62,431 bases of DNA from Thermoleophilaceae bacterium (lineage in GTDB: Bacteria > Actinomycetota > Thermoleophilia > Solirubrobacterales > Thermoleophilaceae): NCBI GenBank assembly GCA_034664105.1, contig JAXDIH010000205.1, positions 1 through 62,431 on the forward strand, written 5' to 3'. The notes beneath the pieces were generated by a model. The model saw only the letters and a list, made by a program, of their open reading frames with translations, was not told the DNA's origin and searched no databases. The translations under genes were made by a program, and so were the position numbers. Positions 43,721 to 53,428 of the stretch are shown here, piece by piece. The number at the start of each line of letters is the position of its first letter. Position 1 is the first letter of the stretch.

Positions 43721-44893
43721 GTGGGAATAGGCCGGGGGCGTGGGCGTGCCGGGACGATCGACTTCCCAGCGCTCCTCAGCGGGCTGCGTCGAAACGTCGC
43801 GGTCCGCCTGCACGACGGCGATCTGGGCGTTGCGGCCACGGGTGACCTGAGGCGCCGGGTCGACGGGCGCAACGGCTTCCACGGCAACCGACGCGACCTC
43901 ACACCCGGCCGGCGCTACCTCGTCACCGGCTGCGCCGGCTTCATCGGCTCGCATCTGACTCAGGCGCTCACAGCACGCGGGTGCTCGGTCGTCGGCGTCG
44001 ACTCCTTCACCGACAACTACTCGCGCTCGGTGAAGGAACGCAACCTCCGGCAGTCCTGCGCCGGCGGCGATGTCCGCTTTGCCGAGCTCGACCTGGCCGA
44101 GCACGCGGTCGAGCCCCTGATGGACCGTGTGGACGGCGTCTTTCACCTCGCGGCGCGACCCGGCGTACGCACGAGTTGGGGCCCCACCTTCGAGGGGTAC
44201 CTGCGTGACAACCTGCTCGTCACTCAAAGGGTGTTCGAGGCGGCCGTCGCGCAGGGAATAAGAGTTGTGTACGCATCCTCGTCGTCGATCTACGGCGACG
44301 CGGACGACTATCCGCTCAGAGAGGACGCCAAGCCCTTGCCGGTGTCACCGTACGGTGTGTCCAAGCTGGCCTGTGAGGGGCTGGCGAACGCGTACGCGCG
44401 GTCAGCTGGGCTCGACGCGGTGGGACTGCGTTACTTCTCCGTCTATGGGCCCAGGCAACGGCCCGACATGGCCTTCGCCCGCGTCTTCGAGTGCCTGGCA
44501 GCCAACCGTCCCTTCAGCCTGCTCGGCAATGGGCGTCAGACGCGCGACTTCACCTACGTCGGCGACATCGTCGACGGCACCCTGCGGGCCATGGAGCGAG
44601 CGACGAGCGGGTACGTGTACAACATCGGCGGCGGCTCCGAGATCTCGCTGCTGGACTCGCTGACGCTGTGCGAGAACGTCGTGGGGCGCCGGCTCGACAT
44701 ACGCCACGTCCCGGCGGCTACGGGCGACGCGCGCCGTACGATCGCCGACATCGGCCAGGCGTCGGCCGACCTGGGCTGGAGCCCGAGCACGTCGCTGGAG
44801 GCGGGTCTGTTCGCCCAGGGTGAAAGCGTCGCGCTGCCGGAGGCGGCATCGCCGAAGGCCGCACCGGCGCTTGCATGGGCAGAGGCCAGCTGA
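43721..44893 (+). CDS. NAD-dependent sugar-nucleotide epimerase/dehydratase (SDR)
   Basis: The Rossmann motif VTGCAGFIGSH begins near 43915, and the catalytic motif YGVSK is present. The start is uncertain. GTG 43721 follows GAAGG. The region from 43649 to about 43720 uses rare codons (aga, tta, ata) and is probably a leader. Confidence 0.75.
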   Translation: MGIGRGRGRAGTIDFPALLSGLRRNVAVRLHDGDLGVAATGDLRRRVDGRNGFHGNRRDLTPGRRYLVTGCAGFIGSHLTQALTARGCSVVGVDSFTDNYSRSVKERNLRQSCAGGDVRFAELDLAEHAVEPLMDRVDGVFHLAARPGVRTSWGPTFEGYLRDNLLVTQRVFEAAVAQGIRVVYASSSSIYGDADDYPLREDAKPLPVSPYGVSKLACEGLANAYARSAGLDAVGLRYFSVYGPRQRPDMAFARVFECLAANRPFSLLGNGRQTRDFTYVGDIVDGTLRAMERATSGYVYNIGGGSEISLLDSLTLCENVVGRRLDIRHVPAATGDARRTIADIGQASADLGWSPSTSLEAGLFAQGESVALPEAASPKAAPALAWAEAS

Positions 44894-46059
44894 GGCATCC
44901 AGCGGCCAGCCGGTCGGCGCCGGGCCTGAGCGCGGCGCTCGCGATCCAGGCGTTCCGCCCGCACGTCGGCGGAGCCGAGCTGCAGCTCGAGCGGCTGGTG
45001 CCGCGCCTGGCCGCCCGTGGCATACGCACCGAGATACACACGCGCGCGGTGAAGGGATGTCCGCGCACCGAGCCGATCGCCGGCTCGGTGGTGCACCGCA
45101 CCCCGCTCGCCGGCGAGTCGCCGCTGGCGTCGCTCGTATACGTCGCCGCCGCGCTCGTTCACCTGCTGCGGCATCGCTCCCAGATCGATCTCGTCCACGC
45201 ACACGGTGCGCTGTCGCCGGCCACGATCGCACTCGGCGGTCGGCTGCTCGGGCTGCCGTGCCTGGTCACCGTGCTCGGCGCCGGCCCGCCCGGCGACCTC
45301 GCCCGCCTGGCCCGCAAGCCGCTGGGCCGGTTGAGGGCGCGGCTGCTGTTCCGATCGGCTTGGTTCGCGGCGCTCAGCGCCGAGGCGAGGCGGGAGCTGC
45401 TGGCGGCAGGGGTGCCCGCCGAGCGCATCCTGGCGCTCCCCAACGGCGTGGACGTGGATGTCCATCGACCCGCGACCGGAGACGAGCGCCGGCAGCTGCG
45501 AGAGCGGCTCGGTCTCCCGGCCGACCGCTTCATCGGCGTCTTCGTCGGGCGCCTCCATCCGGTCAAGGACGTCGACACGCTGCTCGCCGCTACCGCTCGT
45601 GTGCCCGAGATGACGCTCGCGGTCGTGGGCGACGGCCCCGAGCGCCGTCGCCTGGAGGCGCAGGTCGAGCGGCTGGGCATCGCGAGCAGGGTGAGCTTCC
45701 GCGGCCTCTCGTCGGAGGTGCCCGACGTCCTGCGTGCCTCGGATGCCTTCCTGCTGTCCTCGCACGGCGAGGGGATGTCGAACGCGCTGCTCGAGGCGAT
45801 GGCCTGCGGCCTGCCCTGCCTGGCGAGCGGCTCTGTGGGTGGCGCACGCGAGCTGCTCGAGGAAGGGCGAGGCGTGTTGCTGCCCGACGGCGACGTCCCC
45901 GCCTGGGCGGCCGCCATCGAGCGATTCGTGGACGACCCGCGGCTGCGATCGGAGGCGGGCAGTGCGGCCACCACCTTCGTCGCGGAAGCCCTGTCGCTGG
46001 ACGCGGCGGCGGACCGGCTGGCGCGGGCCTACGTGACGATCGCTCGCGGAGCGGCGTGA
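44875..46059 (+). CDS. GT4-family glycosyltransferase
   Basis: Contains HVGGAE near the N-terminus and the C-terminal EGMSNALLEAMACGLP motif (E-x7-E). Confidence 0.85.
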   Translation: MGRGQLRHPAASRSAPGLSAALAIQAFRPHVGGAELQLERLVPRLAARGIRTEIHTRAVKGCPRTEPIAGSVVHRTPLAGESPLASLVYVAAALVHLLRHRSQIDLVHAHGALSPATIALGGRLLGLPCLVTVLGAGPPGDLARLARKPLGRLRARLLFRSAWFAALSAEARRELLAAGVPAERILALPNGVDVDVHRPATGDERRQLRERLGLPADRFIGVFVGRLHPVKDVDTLLAATARVPEMTLAVVGDGPERRRLEAQVERLGIASRVSFRGLSSEVPDVLRASDAFLLSSHGEGMSNALLEAMACGLPCLASGSVGGARELLEEGRGVLLPDGDVPAWAAAIERFVDDPRLRSEAGSAATTFVAEALSLDAAADRLARAYVTIARGAA

Positions 46060-47285
46060 GCGCCGGCCCCGCTCCGGTCGTGCTGTACGTCGTCTCGCGC
46101 TTCCCCGCGCTCACCGAGACCTTCGTCGTCAACGAGTGGCTCGCCCTGGACGGACGCTTTCGGATGGAGCTGGCGGCGCTGCGCCGCAGCCGGGAGCAGC
46201 CCGTCCACCCGGAGAGCGCGCGGGTGCTGCCGCGCGTGCGCTTTCCGGGCGCGGCGCGTACGGTCGCGGCTCAGGTCGCCTGGCTCGTCCGGAGTCCGGG
46301 GACGTATCTCTCGACGCTCGCTGCGGTGCTGCGCGGAGCGCTGCGGTTCTCCCCCCGCGAAGCCGCGCACGAGCTGGTCGTGTTCCTCGCGGCCGCGGGC
46401 CTGGCGCGCGGCGCGGAGCGCGACGGGGTCGACCACGTCCACGCGCACTTCGCCAGCCACGCGGCCACCGCGGCGTGGGTCGTGCACCGCCTCGCCGGCA
46501 TCCCGTTCAGCTTCACCGCCCACGCCAACGACCTCTTCGTCGCCCCCGTTCTGCTCGATCGCAAGGTCGCCGATGCGCGCTTCGCGGTCGCGATCTCCGA
46601 CTACAACGGCCGGCTGCTGCTCCAACGCTGCCCTGCCGCGCGGCGCCCGGAGGTGATCCACTGCGGTGTCGACGGCGAGCGCTACGGCTGGCGCGGCCTG
46701 AGCGACCGGGATCCCAACCGCGTCGTGTGCGTGGCCAGCCTGTTCCCCAAGAAGGGCCACGTGCACCTGATCGACGCGCTCGCGCTGCTGGCCGAGCGCC
46801 GTCCGGACACGGTCCTCGAGCTGGTGGGCGACGGGCCCGAGCGCGAGCGGATCCTGCGGCGCGCACGCGAGCGCGGCGTAGCCGACCGCGTGTCCCTGCT
46901 CGGACCCCGGTCCTCGGAGGAGGTACGCGACACGCTGGCCGCGGCCAGGGCCTTCGTGCTTGCCTCGGTGCGGCTGCCCAGCGGCAGGATGGAGGGAATC
47001 CCCGTCGCGCTGATGGAGGCGATGGCCAGCGGGGTGCCCGTGGTGGCCACTCGCCTCTCGGGCATACCCGAGCTGGTCCAGGACGGCGTGACCGGCCTGT
47101 TGGTGGAGCCCGGCGATGCCCACGGCCTCGCTGCGGCCATGGCGCGCCTGCTGGATGACGACGAGCTCGCGGGCCGGCTGGCGGCCGGCGCGCGCGAGCT
47201 GGTCGAGCGCTCGTTCAGCCTCACGCGAGAGGCCGAGCGGCTGGGTGACCTGTTCGACGAATCGATCAGCGGCCGCCGGGCGTAG
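46056..47285 (+). CDS. GT4-family glycosyltransferase (WcaL-like)
   Basis: Shares a GTGA overlap with the previous gene. Contains MEGIPVALMEAMASGVPVV. Confidence 0.85.
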   Translation: MSAGPAPVVLYVVSRFPALTETFVVNEWLALDGRFRMELAALRRSREQPVHPESARVLPRVRFPGAARTVAAQVAWLVRSPGTYLSTLAAVLRGALRFSPREAAHELVVFLAAAGLARGAERDGVDHVHAHFASHAATAAWVVHRLAGIPFSFTAHANDLFVAPVLLDRKVADARFAVAISDYNGRLLLQRCPAARRPEVIHCGVDGERYGWRGLSDRDPNRVVCVASLFPKKGHVHLIDALALLAERRPDTVLELVGDGPERERILRRARERGVADRVSLLGPRSSEEVRDTLAAARAFVLASVRLPSGRMEGIPVALMEAMASGVPVVATRLSGIPELVQDGVTGLLVEPGDAHGLAAAMARLLDDDELAGRLAAGARELVERSFSLTREAERLGDLFDESISGRRA

Positions 47286-48324
47286 CCGCGGGGCGCCGGC
47301 GGGCGCGCAGGAGATGGCGGCCGAGCAGCAGGGCGCCGGCGGGGCCGCGCGGCACGAGCCACGTGCGGTCCCACTGGTCGCGCGCCCCGAAGCGGTACTT
47401 GTAGGGCTCGGTGCCGCGCAGGAAGTCGAACGTCCGGGCGCCCCGCTCGGCGGCGAGCTCCAGCGCGTGCAGGACGAGCACGTTGCCGAGGCCCTGGCGC
47501 GCGTACCGGCGATCCCAACCCGATTGGTAGGCAGCGAACGTGTCGCGCCACCAGAACCCGTAGAGGACGCCGACGATCTCGTCCCCGCGCCGCGCGACCA
47601 CCGCCGCCGGGCCCCGGCCCGGCGCGGCGCGCCTGCACAGCTCCAGGTGAAAGCCCAGCTGGTGGAGGCCGAACGAGCCGTCCGGCCGGGCCTGGGCATG
47701 CAGCTCGAAGAGCGCTCGCAGCAGCGGCTCGTCGACCAGCGTGGGCGCCACCCACTCGAAGCGCACGCCCTCGCGACCGAGGCGCCGCGTGAAGCGCCGC
47801 AGCTGACGGAGGAAGTCATCCGAGGGCCCGCCGTCCGACCCGAATGGCAGCCCCACGCGCGGACAGGGGATCGCCTCGACCTCCCGAGCCCCGGCCGGGA
47901 GCACGCCGGCGGGCCAGTCCGGGGCGGCGCTGCGCACGAGCAGCGCCGAGCGCGCGATCGCGCCGCTCAGCCACGCCGCCACCTCCTCGCCGCGATCCGC
48001 GGGCACCAGCCACGCACAGTGGTCGGCCACGCCTGCGCCGCTGCCCGCGTTCGCGTACACCGGCACCGCGACCGGCAGCCGCCGGTGCGGCCGCTCGCGA
48101 TCGCGGCTCAGCGCCACGAGCGCCTCCAGCCGGCCGGACGCCGCCCGCCAGGTCGCCACCCGCGTGGGCGGCCCGCCGGCGAGGGCCACCCACCAGGCGA
48201 GGACCCAGTCGGGCGTCTGGAAGTACGAGCTGCCCTCGTGGCTCGCCGCGAGCTCCAGCCAGTCGCGCTCGAGGTCTCCGTGGCTCGCGAGCTCCTCGAG
48301 GTCCACGACCTCGGTGGAGCTCAT
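47266..48324 (-). CDS. GNAT-fold acetyltransferase of the CelD/BcsL-like type
   Basis: Contains SSYFQTPDW and the C-terminal FDFLRGTEPYKYRFG, typical of this family. Start is ATG 48324. Confidence 0.75.
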   Translation of the reverse strand: MSSTEVVDLEELASHGDLERDWLELAASHEGSSYFQTPDWVLAWWVALAGGPPTRVATWRAASGRLEALVALSRDRERPHRRLPVAVPVYANAGSGAGVADHCAWLVPADRGEEVAAWLSGAIARSALLVRSAAPDWPAGVLPAGAREVEAIPCPRVGLPFGSDGGPSDDFLRQLRRFTRRLGREGVRFEWVAPTLVDEPLLRALFELHAQARPDGSFGLHQLGFHLELCRRAAPGRGPAAVVARRGDEIVGVLYGFWWRDTFAAYQSGWDRRYARQGLGNVLVLHALELAAERGARTFDFLRGTEPYKYRFGARDQWDRTWLVPRGPAGALLLGRHLLRARRRPAATPGGR

Positions 48325-48326
48325 GC

Positions 48327-49169
48327 CTATGCCGGCAGCTTGCGCCGCGCCTCGCTCAGCTTTCCCCACAGGTCGAAGCTGGCCGCCTTGACGCGGTCGA
48401 CCGGCTCGGAGCGGCCCGGCCCCCGCGGCGACAGGTTCAGCTTGCGCAGCCGGCGGTTGATCCGGTTGACCGACTCCGCCCGCTCGCTGAACTCCGTGTA
48501 GAACGGGATCGAGAACGACACGGAGATGCCGGCCTCCGTGGTGACCCAGTGCGGCACGAACGAGGGCAGGTAGACGCCCACGCCGGGGTCGAGGCGGAAG
48601 TCCTCGGCCACCTCCTCCATCGCCGCGAAGTCGCACTCGGCGCCGTCGTAGTAGCGATCGAGCTCCCGCTGGCGCACCGAGTCGTCCTCGAAGGCGGCCA
48701 CGCTCACGTGCTTCACGCCCCGCACCTGGAGCAGGAAGCTGTGCTCGGGGTCGAAGTGCATCGGCGTGTTCGCCGCGGGAGCGGTGATGAACAGATAGCC
48801 CGTGCGCCGTCGCATGCCTCCCTCGCGACCGCCGAGGATCTCCTCGACCTCGTCGAGGCACTGGTCGATCAGCTCGGAGTACCGGGGGTCCTGCTGGATG
48901 TCGCGGAGCGAGATCCGGAAGCCGTTGCGCTCGACGTCGCGGATGGTCGCCGACGGCGGTCCGTCGCCCACGTCGACGTAGCCCTCGCGGTTCACCAGCG
49001 GCAGGTTGCCCCGCTCGCGCCTGACGGCGTCGGGCGGCAGGCGATCGGCCAGCTCGGCGATCGCGTCGAGAGTGAACAGCGGGTGATCGACCAAGGCGTG
49101 GCCGACCGCGATCGAGCGCCCCGCAAAGGCGCGGCTGAACGCCGAGTGGTCGATGCCGAGCAAGCCCAT
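48327..49169 (-). CDS. Cupin/JmjC-like Fe(II)/2-oxoglutarate oxygenase candidate
   Basis: The H-x-D motif (MHFDPEH) and a distal His (FVPHWV) sit in a cupin-like beta-rich context. Confidence 0.7.
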   Translation of the reverse strand: MGLLGIDHSAFSRAFAGRSIAVGHALVDHPLFTLDAIAELADRLPPDAVRRERGNLPLVNREGYVDVGDGPPSATIRDVERNGFRISLRDIQQDPRYSELIDQCLDEVEEILGGREGGMRRRTGYLFITAPAANTPMHFDPEHSFLLQVRGVKHVSVAAFEDDSVRQRELDRYYDGAECDFAAMEEVAEDFRLDPGVGVYLPSFVPHWVTTEAGISVSFSIPFYTEFSERAESVNRINRRLRKLNLSPRGPGRSEPVDRVKAASFDLWGKLSEARRKLPA

Positions 49170-49235
49170 ACCACGACTCCCTTTATCCGCTAGCTGGTCC
49201 GTAGATACCCCTAAGCAAGGGCTGCCTATACCCCT

Positions 49236-50006
49236 TCATTTCACGACCGTGATGACCACGTACCGGCACAGCCGCCGGAGCGCCGGGACTCGCGCCAGCA
49301 GCCGGTCGTCGAGCCGGCGCAGGCGCGGCAGCGGGCTCAGGCCGAGCGCCCGCTGCACCATCTCCAGCAGCTGCACCTCGCGATGCTCCGCTGAGGAGAA
49401 GGGCGCCTCCCAGGCCCGGATGTCGGCGTAGCTGAGCGGGACGTCGGCGCCGCGCGGGTTCTTCCCCGGATAGGGAAGGTGATCGCGGGCGAAGGCGACG
49501 ACGGGGTTGGTGCCGAGCGGCTCGGCGAAGGCAGCGCGCCCGCCGGGACGAAGCACCCGGTGCAGCTCCGGCGCCGCCCGGCCGGCGTCCAGATGGTGGA
49601 GAACCGCCTTGCCCACGACCACGTCGAAGCGATCCCCCTCGAGCGGTAGGTCCTCTCCGGCCGCGCACACGAATCCGATCGCGCCGTCCACGCCGTGCAG
49701 CTGGGCCCGGCGGCGGGCGACGGCGATGCTCCCGGGCGAGATGTCCAGCGCTGTCACCCGCGCGCCGCTGCGGGCCAGCAGCGTCGTCATCTCGCCCATG
49801 CCGCTGCCCAACTCCAGCACCTCGCGGCCGCGCAGGTCGCCGAGGAACTCGGCCATGCCGGTCATCGTGCCGTCCCGGCGCGCGTAGGCGCCGAAGTCGG
49901 GGTCCACGACCCTCAGGCTCTCCTCGGGGGTGGGCACGTCGGCGAGCGCGTCCCATTTGGCGATCTCGACCGCGTGCACCTGCTCGAGGCCGGATTCGCG
50001 GCTCAT
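49236..50006 (-). CDS. Class I SAM-dependent methyltransferase
   Basis: Has motif I VLELGSGMG and post-I ALDISP. Confidence 0.85.
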   Translation of the reverse strand: MSRESGLEQVHAVEIAKWDALADVPTPEESLRVVDPDFGAYARRDGTMTGMAEFLGDLRGREVLELGSGMGEMTTLLARSGARVTALDISPGSIAVARRRAQLHGVDGAIGFVCAAGEDLPLEGDRFDVVVGKAVLHHLDAGRAAPELHRVLRPGGRAAFAEPLGTNPVVAFARDHLPYPGKNPRGADVPLSYADIRAWEAPFSSAEHREVQLLEMVQRALGLSPLPRLRRLDDRLLARVPALRRLCRYVVITVVK

Positions 50007-51046
50007 CCGTAGGCCCCGTAGCCAGCCAGCCCGGTGTGCAGCCCCCGGCAGCCGACGGAGTCGAAGGTGAGCGTGCTCGGGTGCAGGTTGCGGCCGCCGT
50101 CCACGAGCGGCCGGTCGCCGCCGGTGTTCGCGAGGAACTGCGGCGCCTCCGTCCCGACGTTGTCACGCACCAGGTTGTCGTGGCCCTCCAGCTCGAAGCC
50201 GTACACGTTGGCCTCCGTGGCCCCGACCAGGATGTTGCGGTAGATGCGCACCCCGGAGCTGTCGCGCGAGACGCCCACGTTCTGGGCGTCGTTGAAGATC
50301 GTGTTGTACCTGACGGTCACGTCGAAGGCGCCGCCTGTGCTGTCGCCCGGTCCGAGCTTGATGCCGCGCCCGTTCACGGCGTTGAACAGCAGGTTGCGGG
50401 CGATCAGACCGCGCGGATTTGGGCTCTCGCTCATGTCGTCGACGTAGATGTTGTGGTCCTGGTGCTGGCCGTTGGTGGGGTAGGTGTCGTGGATGCAGTT
50501 GCCGGTAACCGACCAGCTCCCGAGGTTGTTGCGCGGTCCGTCGTCTACGTGCAGGCCGGAGGTGGAGTGCGCTCCCCAGATCTCCGCACCGGTGAGCTGC
50601 CAACCGGTGCCGCCGTATACCCGCGCCATCGGCTCGTCGGGGTTGCCCTTCGCCCACGCGACGTTGATGCCCCGGACCGTCCAGTAGCTCGGGTTGCCGA
50701 TCCACAGCTGACCGCGGACGACCGGCCGCTCGCGGGCGAAGTTGCTCACGAGCACGCGTGCCGCGGGGCGGCCGGGCGCCACGCTCACCTTGACGCGCTC
50801 CCGGTAGGTGCCGCCGCGGACGTAGAGACGATCGCCGGCGCGCAACTTCCTGAGCGCGTGCGCGAGCGTCCTGAACGGCCGCTGCCTGGTGCCCGGATTG
50901 GCGTCGCGTCCGCTCGGGGCCACGAAGAGCGCTGGGCGCGACTGCGCGGCGCTGGCCGGCTGGGACCCGCGCGAACCCTGAGCCGCCGAGCCGCCGCAGC
51001 CCGCGGTGGCCAGCGCCACCAACAGGAGCATCCAGCGCGGACTCAC
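50003..51046 (-). CDS. Lipoprotein with a right-handed parallel beta-helix (pectate-lyase-like fold)
   Basis: The lipobox-like leader is LLLVALATAGCGG. Repeated N/G/V-rich beta-helix turns are present (NLLFNAVNGRGI, RYNTIFND, IYRNILVG). The GTG at 51046 overlaps the flippase stop. Confidence 0.7.
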   Translation of the reverse strand: MSPRWMLLLVALATAGCGGSAAQGSRGSQPASAAQSRPALFVAPSGRDANPGTRQRPFRTLAHALRKLRAGDRLYVRGGTYRERVKVSVAPGRPAARVLVSNFARERPVVRGQLWIGNPSYWTVRGINVAWAKGNPDEPMARVYGGTGWQLTGAEIWGAHSTSGLHVDDGPRNNLGSWSVTGNCIHDTYPTNGQHQDHNIYVDDMSESPNPRGLIARNLLFNAVNGRGIKLGPGDSTGGAFDVTVRYNTIFNDAQNVGVSRDSSGVRIYRNILVGATEANVYGFELEGHDNLVRDNVGTEAPQFLANTGGDRPLVDGGRNLHPSTLTFDSVGCRGLHTGLAGYGAYG

Positions 51047-52497
51047 TTCGACACCGGCACGCCGGGTCGGGGGGCGACGAGGATGCGAAAGCCGTCGGGA
51101 ATGAAGCGCCGCAGCAGCGCCAGGTATACGAGCCCGGCCACCGGGATCCCGACGGCGAGCGCCAGCGCGGGCGGGAGCGTCGTGGTCAGCGGGTAGAGCG
51201 CGGCCGCCATCAGGGCCGACAGGGCCAGCGCCGGGGCGCCGGCTGTGAACGTCGCGTGCCAGGGGATCCCGAGGATCCGCCCGATCACCACGCCGAGCAG
51301 CGCGAGCGACACGGTCTTCTCCGCCACCTGGGCCGCCGCCACGGCGGTGATGCTGAAGTTGGCGGCCACCCAGATGGCGGGGAACAGGATCGCGATCTGC
51401 ATGATCCCGGTGGCCGCGAGCAGCCACGAGCGCCCGAGCGCCTTCAGCACGGCGCCGGGCATGCTCGCCAGCGAGGCCAGGCCCGCCCAGATCGCGACGA
51501 AGGCAAGCGGCTCGGCGGCGGGACGCCAGCGCTCGCCGTACAGACTCAGCACCAGAGGGAGCGCGAGCGCGGCCATCGCGAACGCGGCGGGGAACGCCAC
51601 CATCGACCCCAGCCGGACCGTCTGCAGATACCCGCGCCGTAGCTCCTCGGCACCCTCCACCGCGCCCTCCCTGAGCCGTGCGTAGAAGGGGAAGAGGACG
51701 TCGTTGGCCACCTGGAAGCCGGACAGGATCACCAGCTCCGGCAGCCGGAAGGCGAGGTAGTAGAGGCCGAGCGCGACCGCGCCGAGCTTGGCCCCGACGA
51801 TCAGGTAGTCGAAGTTGCTGGCGCCCTGGCCCAGCAGTCCGACGGCCACGATGCCCAGCCCGAAGCGCAGCATCGGCCGCAGGTGGGTGCGCGAGATCGT
51901 GAAGCTGGGTCGCCACGGATGGACGATCCAGAGCGCCGCCGACTGGCACAGCGCGCCGGCCAGCTGCCCGACGATCAGGCTCCACGGGCCCGCACCGGCG
52001 AGGGCGAGCGCGATGCTGACGACGCCCTTGGTGAGCCCCGAGAGGAACTGGGGCCAGAACAGCTTGCGGAACTCGAGCCTGCGCCGCAGGCGGTACTCGT
52101 GCGCCTTTCCCAGCGCGGTGAGCAGGAAGTACAGGGACAGCACCCGGAACAGCGGCACCACGCGCTCGTCCGGCCCGATGTCGCCGAGCAGCGGGGCCAG
52201 GAGCCACGACACCGCGAACAGCACCAGGCCGCCGCAGATGCCGATCCAGAAGGCGGTGGACGAGACCCGGGGATCCTCGGCGTCGGAGCGGTAGACCAGC
52301 GCGGCGCCGAGCCCGAGGTCGGTGAGGTACTCCATGTAGTGGATGACGGCCAGCGCGAACGCGACGAGCCCGAACTCGGCCGGCACCAGCAGGCGCGCGA
52401 GCACCAGGGTCGCGACGAAGACCAGGATCCGACCGCCGGCGTACGAGGCAGCGGCCCAGATGAACCCCGTGAAGGCGCGCTGCCCCAGATCACGCAC
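51043..52497 (-). CDS. wzx: Wzx-type oligosaccharide flippase (MOP superfamily)
   Basis: Has roughly 12-14 hydrophobic segments with a typical polysaccharide-biosynthesis-protein pattern. The start is set at GTG 52497. Confidence 0.8.
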   Translation of the reverse strand: MRDLGQRAFTGFIWAAASYAGGRILVFVATLVLARLLVPAEFGLVAFALAVIHYMEYLTDLGLGAALVYRSDAEDPRVSSTAFWIGICGGLVLFAVSWLLAPLLGDIGPDERVVPLFRVLSLYFLLTALGKAHEYRLRRRLEFRKLFWPQFLSGLTKGVVSIALALAGAGPWSLIVGQLAGALCQSAALWIVHPWRPSFTISRTHLRPMLRFGLGIVAVGLLGQGASNFDYLIVGAKLGAVALGLYYLAFRLPELVILSGFQVANDVLFPFYARLREGAVEGAEELRRGYLQTVRLGSMVAFPAAFAMAALALPLVLSLYGERWRPAAEPLAFVAIWAGLASLASMPGAVLKALGRSWLLAATGIMQIAILFPAIWVAANFSITAVAAAQVAEKTVSLALLGVVIGRILGIPWHATFTAGAPALALSALMAAALYPLTTTLPPALALAVGIPVAGLVYLALLRRFIPDGFRILVAPRPGVPVSK

Positions 52498-53428
52498 GAC
52501 GCCCCCGAGCGGTGCGCAGGACGCCGGCCACCGACTCCGGTAGGAACGCACGCGTCAGGAGCTTCGCCTTCCGGCGCGCGAGCGTGAACGGGTCCAGCGC
52601 GACCGACGTGACCGCGTAGCGCCGTGCCACCCGCCTGTCGCCGCGCTTGATGCTGCCCAGGCCGGCGTGGAAATACGCGACCGACGCCGCCCGCCGCCGG
52701 ATGATCGGCCGCTTCCAGGCGGGCCGGTACGCGCTCAGGTGACGCTCGACGATCGCCCGGTTCACGTCCACGCGCACGCGACCGCGCGTCGGCGACACGC
52801 TGCCCGAGTGGCGCCGCACCAGCGCGAGCGGGCGGTCGACGAACCCGATCGGGAACCGCTTCGCGATCTCGATCCAGGTATCCCAGTCCTCTCCGAACGG
52901 AATCTCGCTGAACCCGCCGGCCGCCTCGATCGCAGCGCGCCTGACGAGCACAGAGCTGGGGTTGAGGACCACGTTGTCCACGAGCAGCGCCTCCAGCATG
53001 TGGCCGTTCTCGCGTGTGGCGGCGGGCACGACGGCCGTGGGGCGCAGGTGCTCGTCGCACGCGAACGCGTGCGCCGCCACCAGAGCCAGCTCGGGGTGTC
53101 GGGCCAGATGGGCGATCCCCGCCTCGACCCGGTCCGGCAGCCAGGCGTCGTCGGCGTCCAGGAACGCCACGAGTGGGGAGGAGGTGACCTCGAGCCCGGT
53201 GTTGCGAGCCCGGCCCGCGCCGGCGTGCGAGCGCGCGACGTAACGCACACCGCGGGCGGCGTAGAGCCGCACGACGTCCGCGGTCTCGTCGGTGGAGCCG
53301 TCGTCGACGACCACGATCTCCAGGTGCGGGTAGCTCTGCGCCAAGACACTGTCGATCGCGTCGGGCAGGAAGCGCGCGTAGTTGTAGGTGGTGACCACTG
53401 CGCTCACCGTGGGCGTGGCTTGCGTCAT
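52490..53428 (-). CDS. GT2-family glycosyltransferase
   Basis: Contains VSAVVTTYNYARFL, VVDDGSTDET and FLDADD. Confidence 0.9.
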   Translation of the reverse strand: MTQATPTVSAVVTTYNYARFLPDAIDSVLAQSYPHLEIVVVDDGSTDETADVVRLYAARGVRYVARSHAGAGRARNTGLEVTSSPLVAFLDADDAWLPDRVEAGIAHLARHPELALVAAHAFACDEHLRPTAVVPAATRENGHMLEALLVDNVVLNPSSVLVRRAAIEAAGGFSEIPFGEDWDTWIEIAKRFPIGFVDRPLALVRRHSGSVSPTRGRVRVDVNRAIVERHLSAYRPAWKRPIIRRRAASVAYFHAGLGSIKRGDRRVARRYAVTSVALDPFTLARRKAKLLTRAFLPESVAGVLRTARGRRA

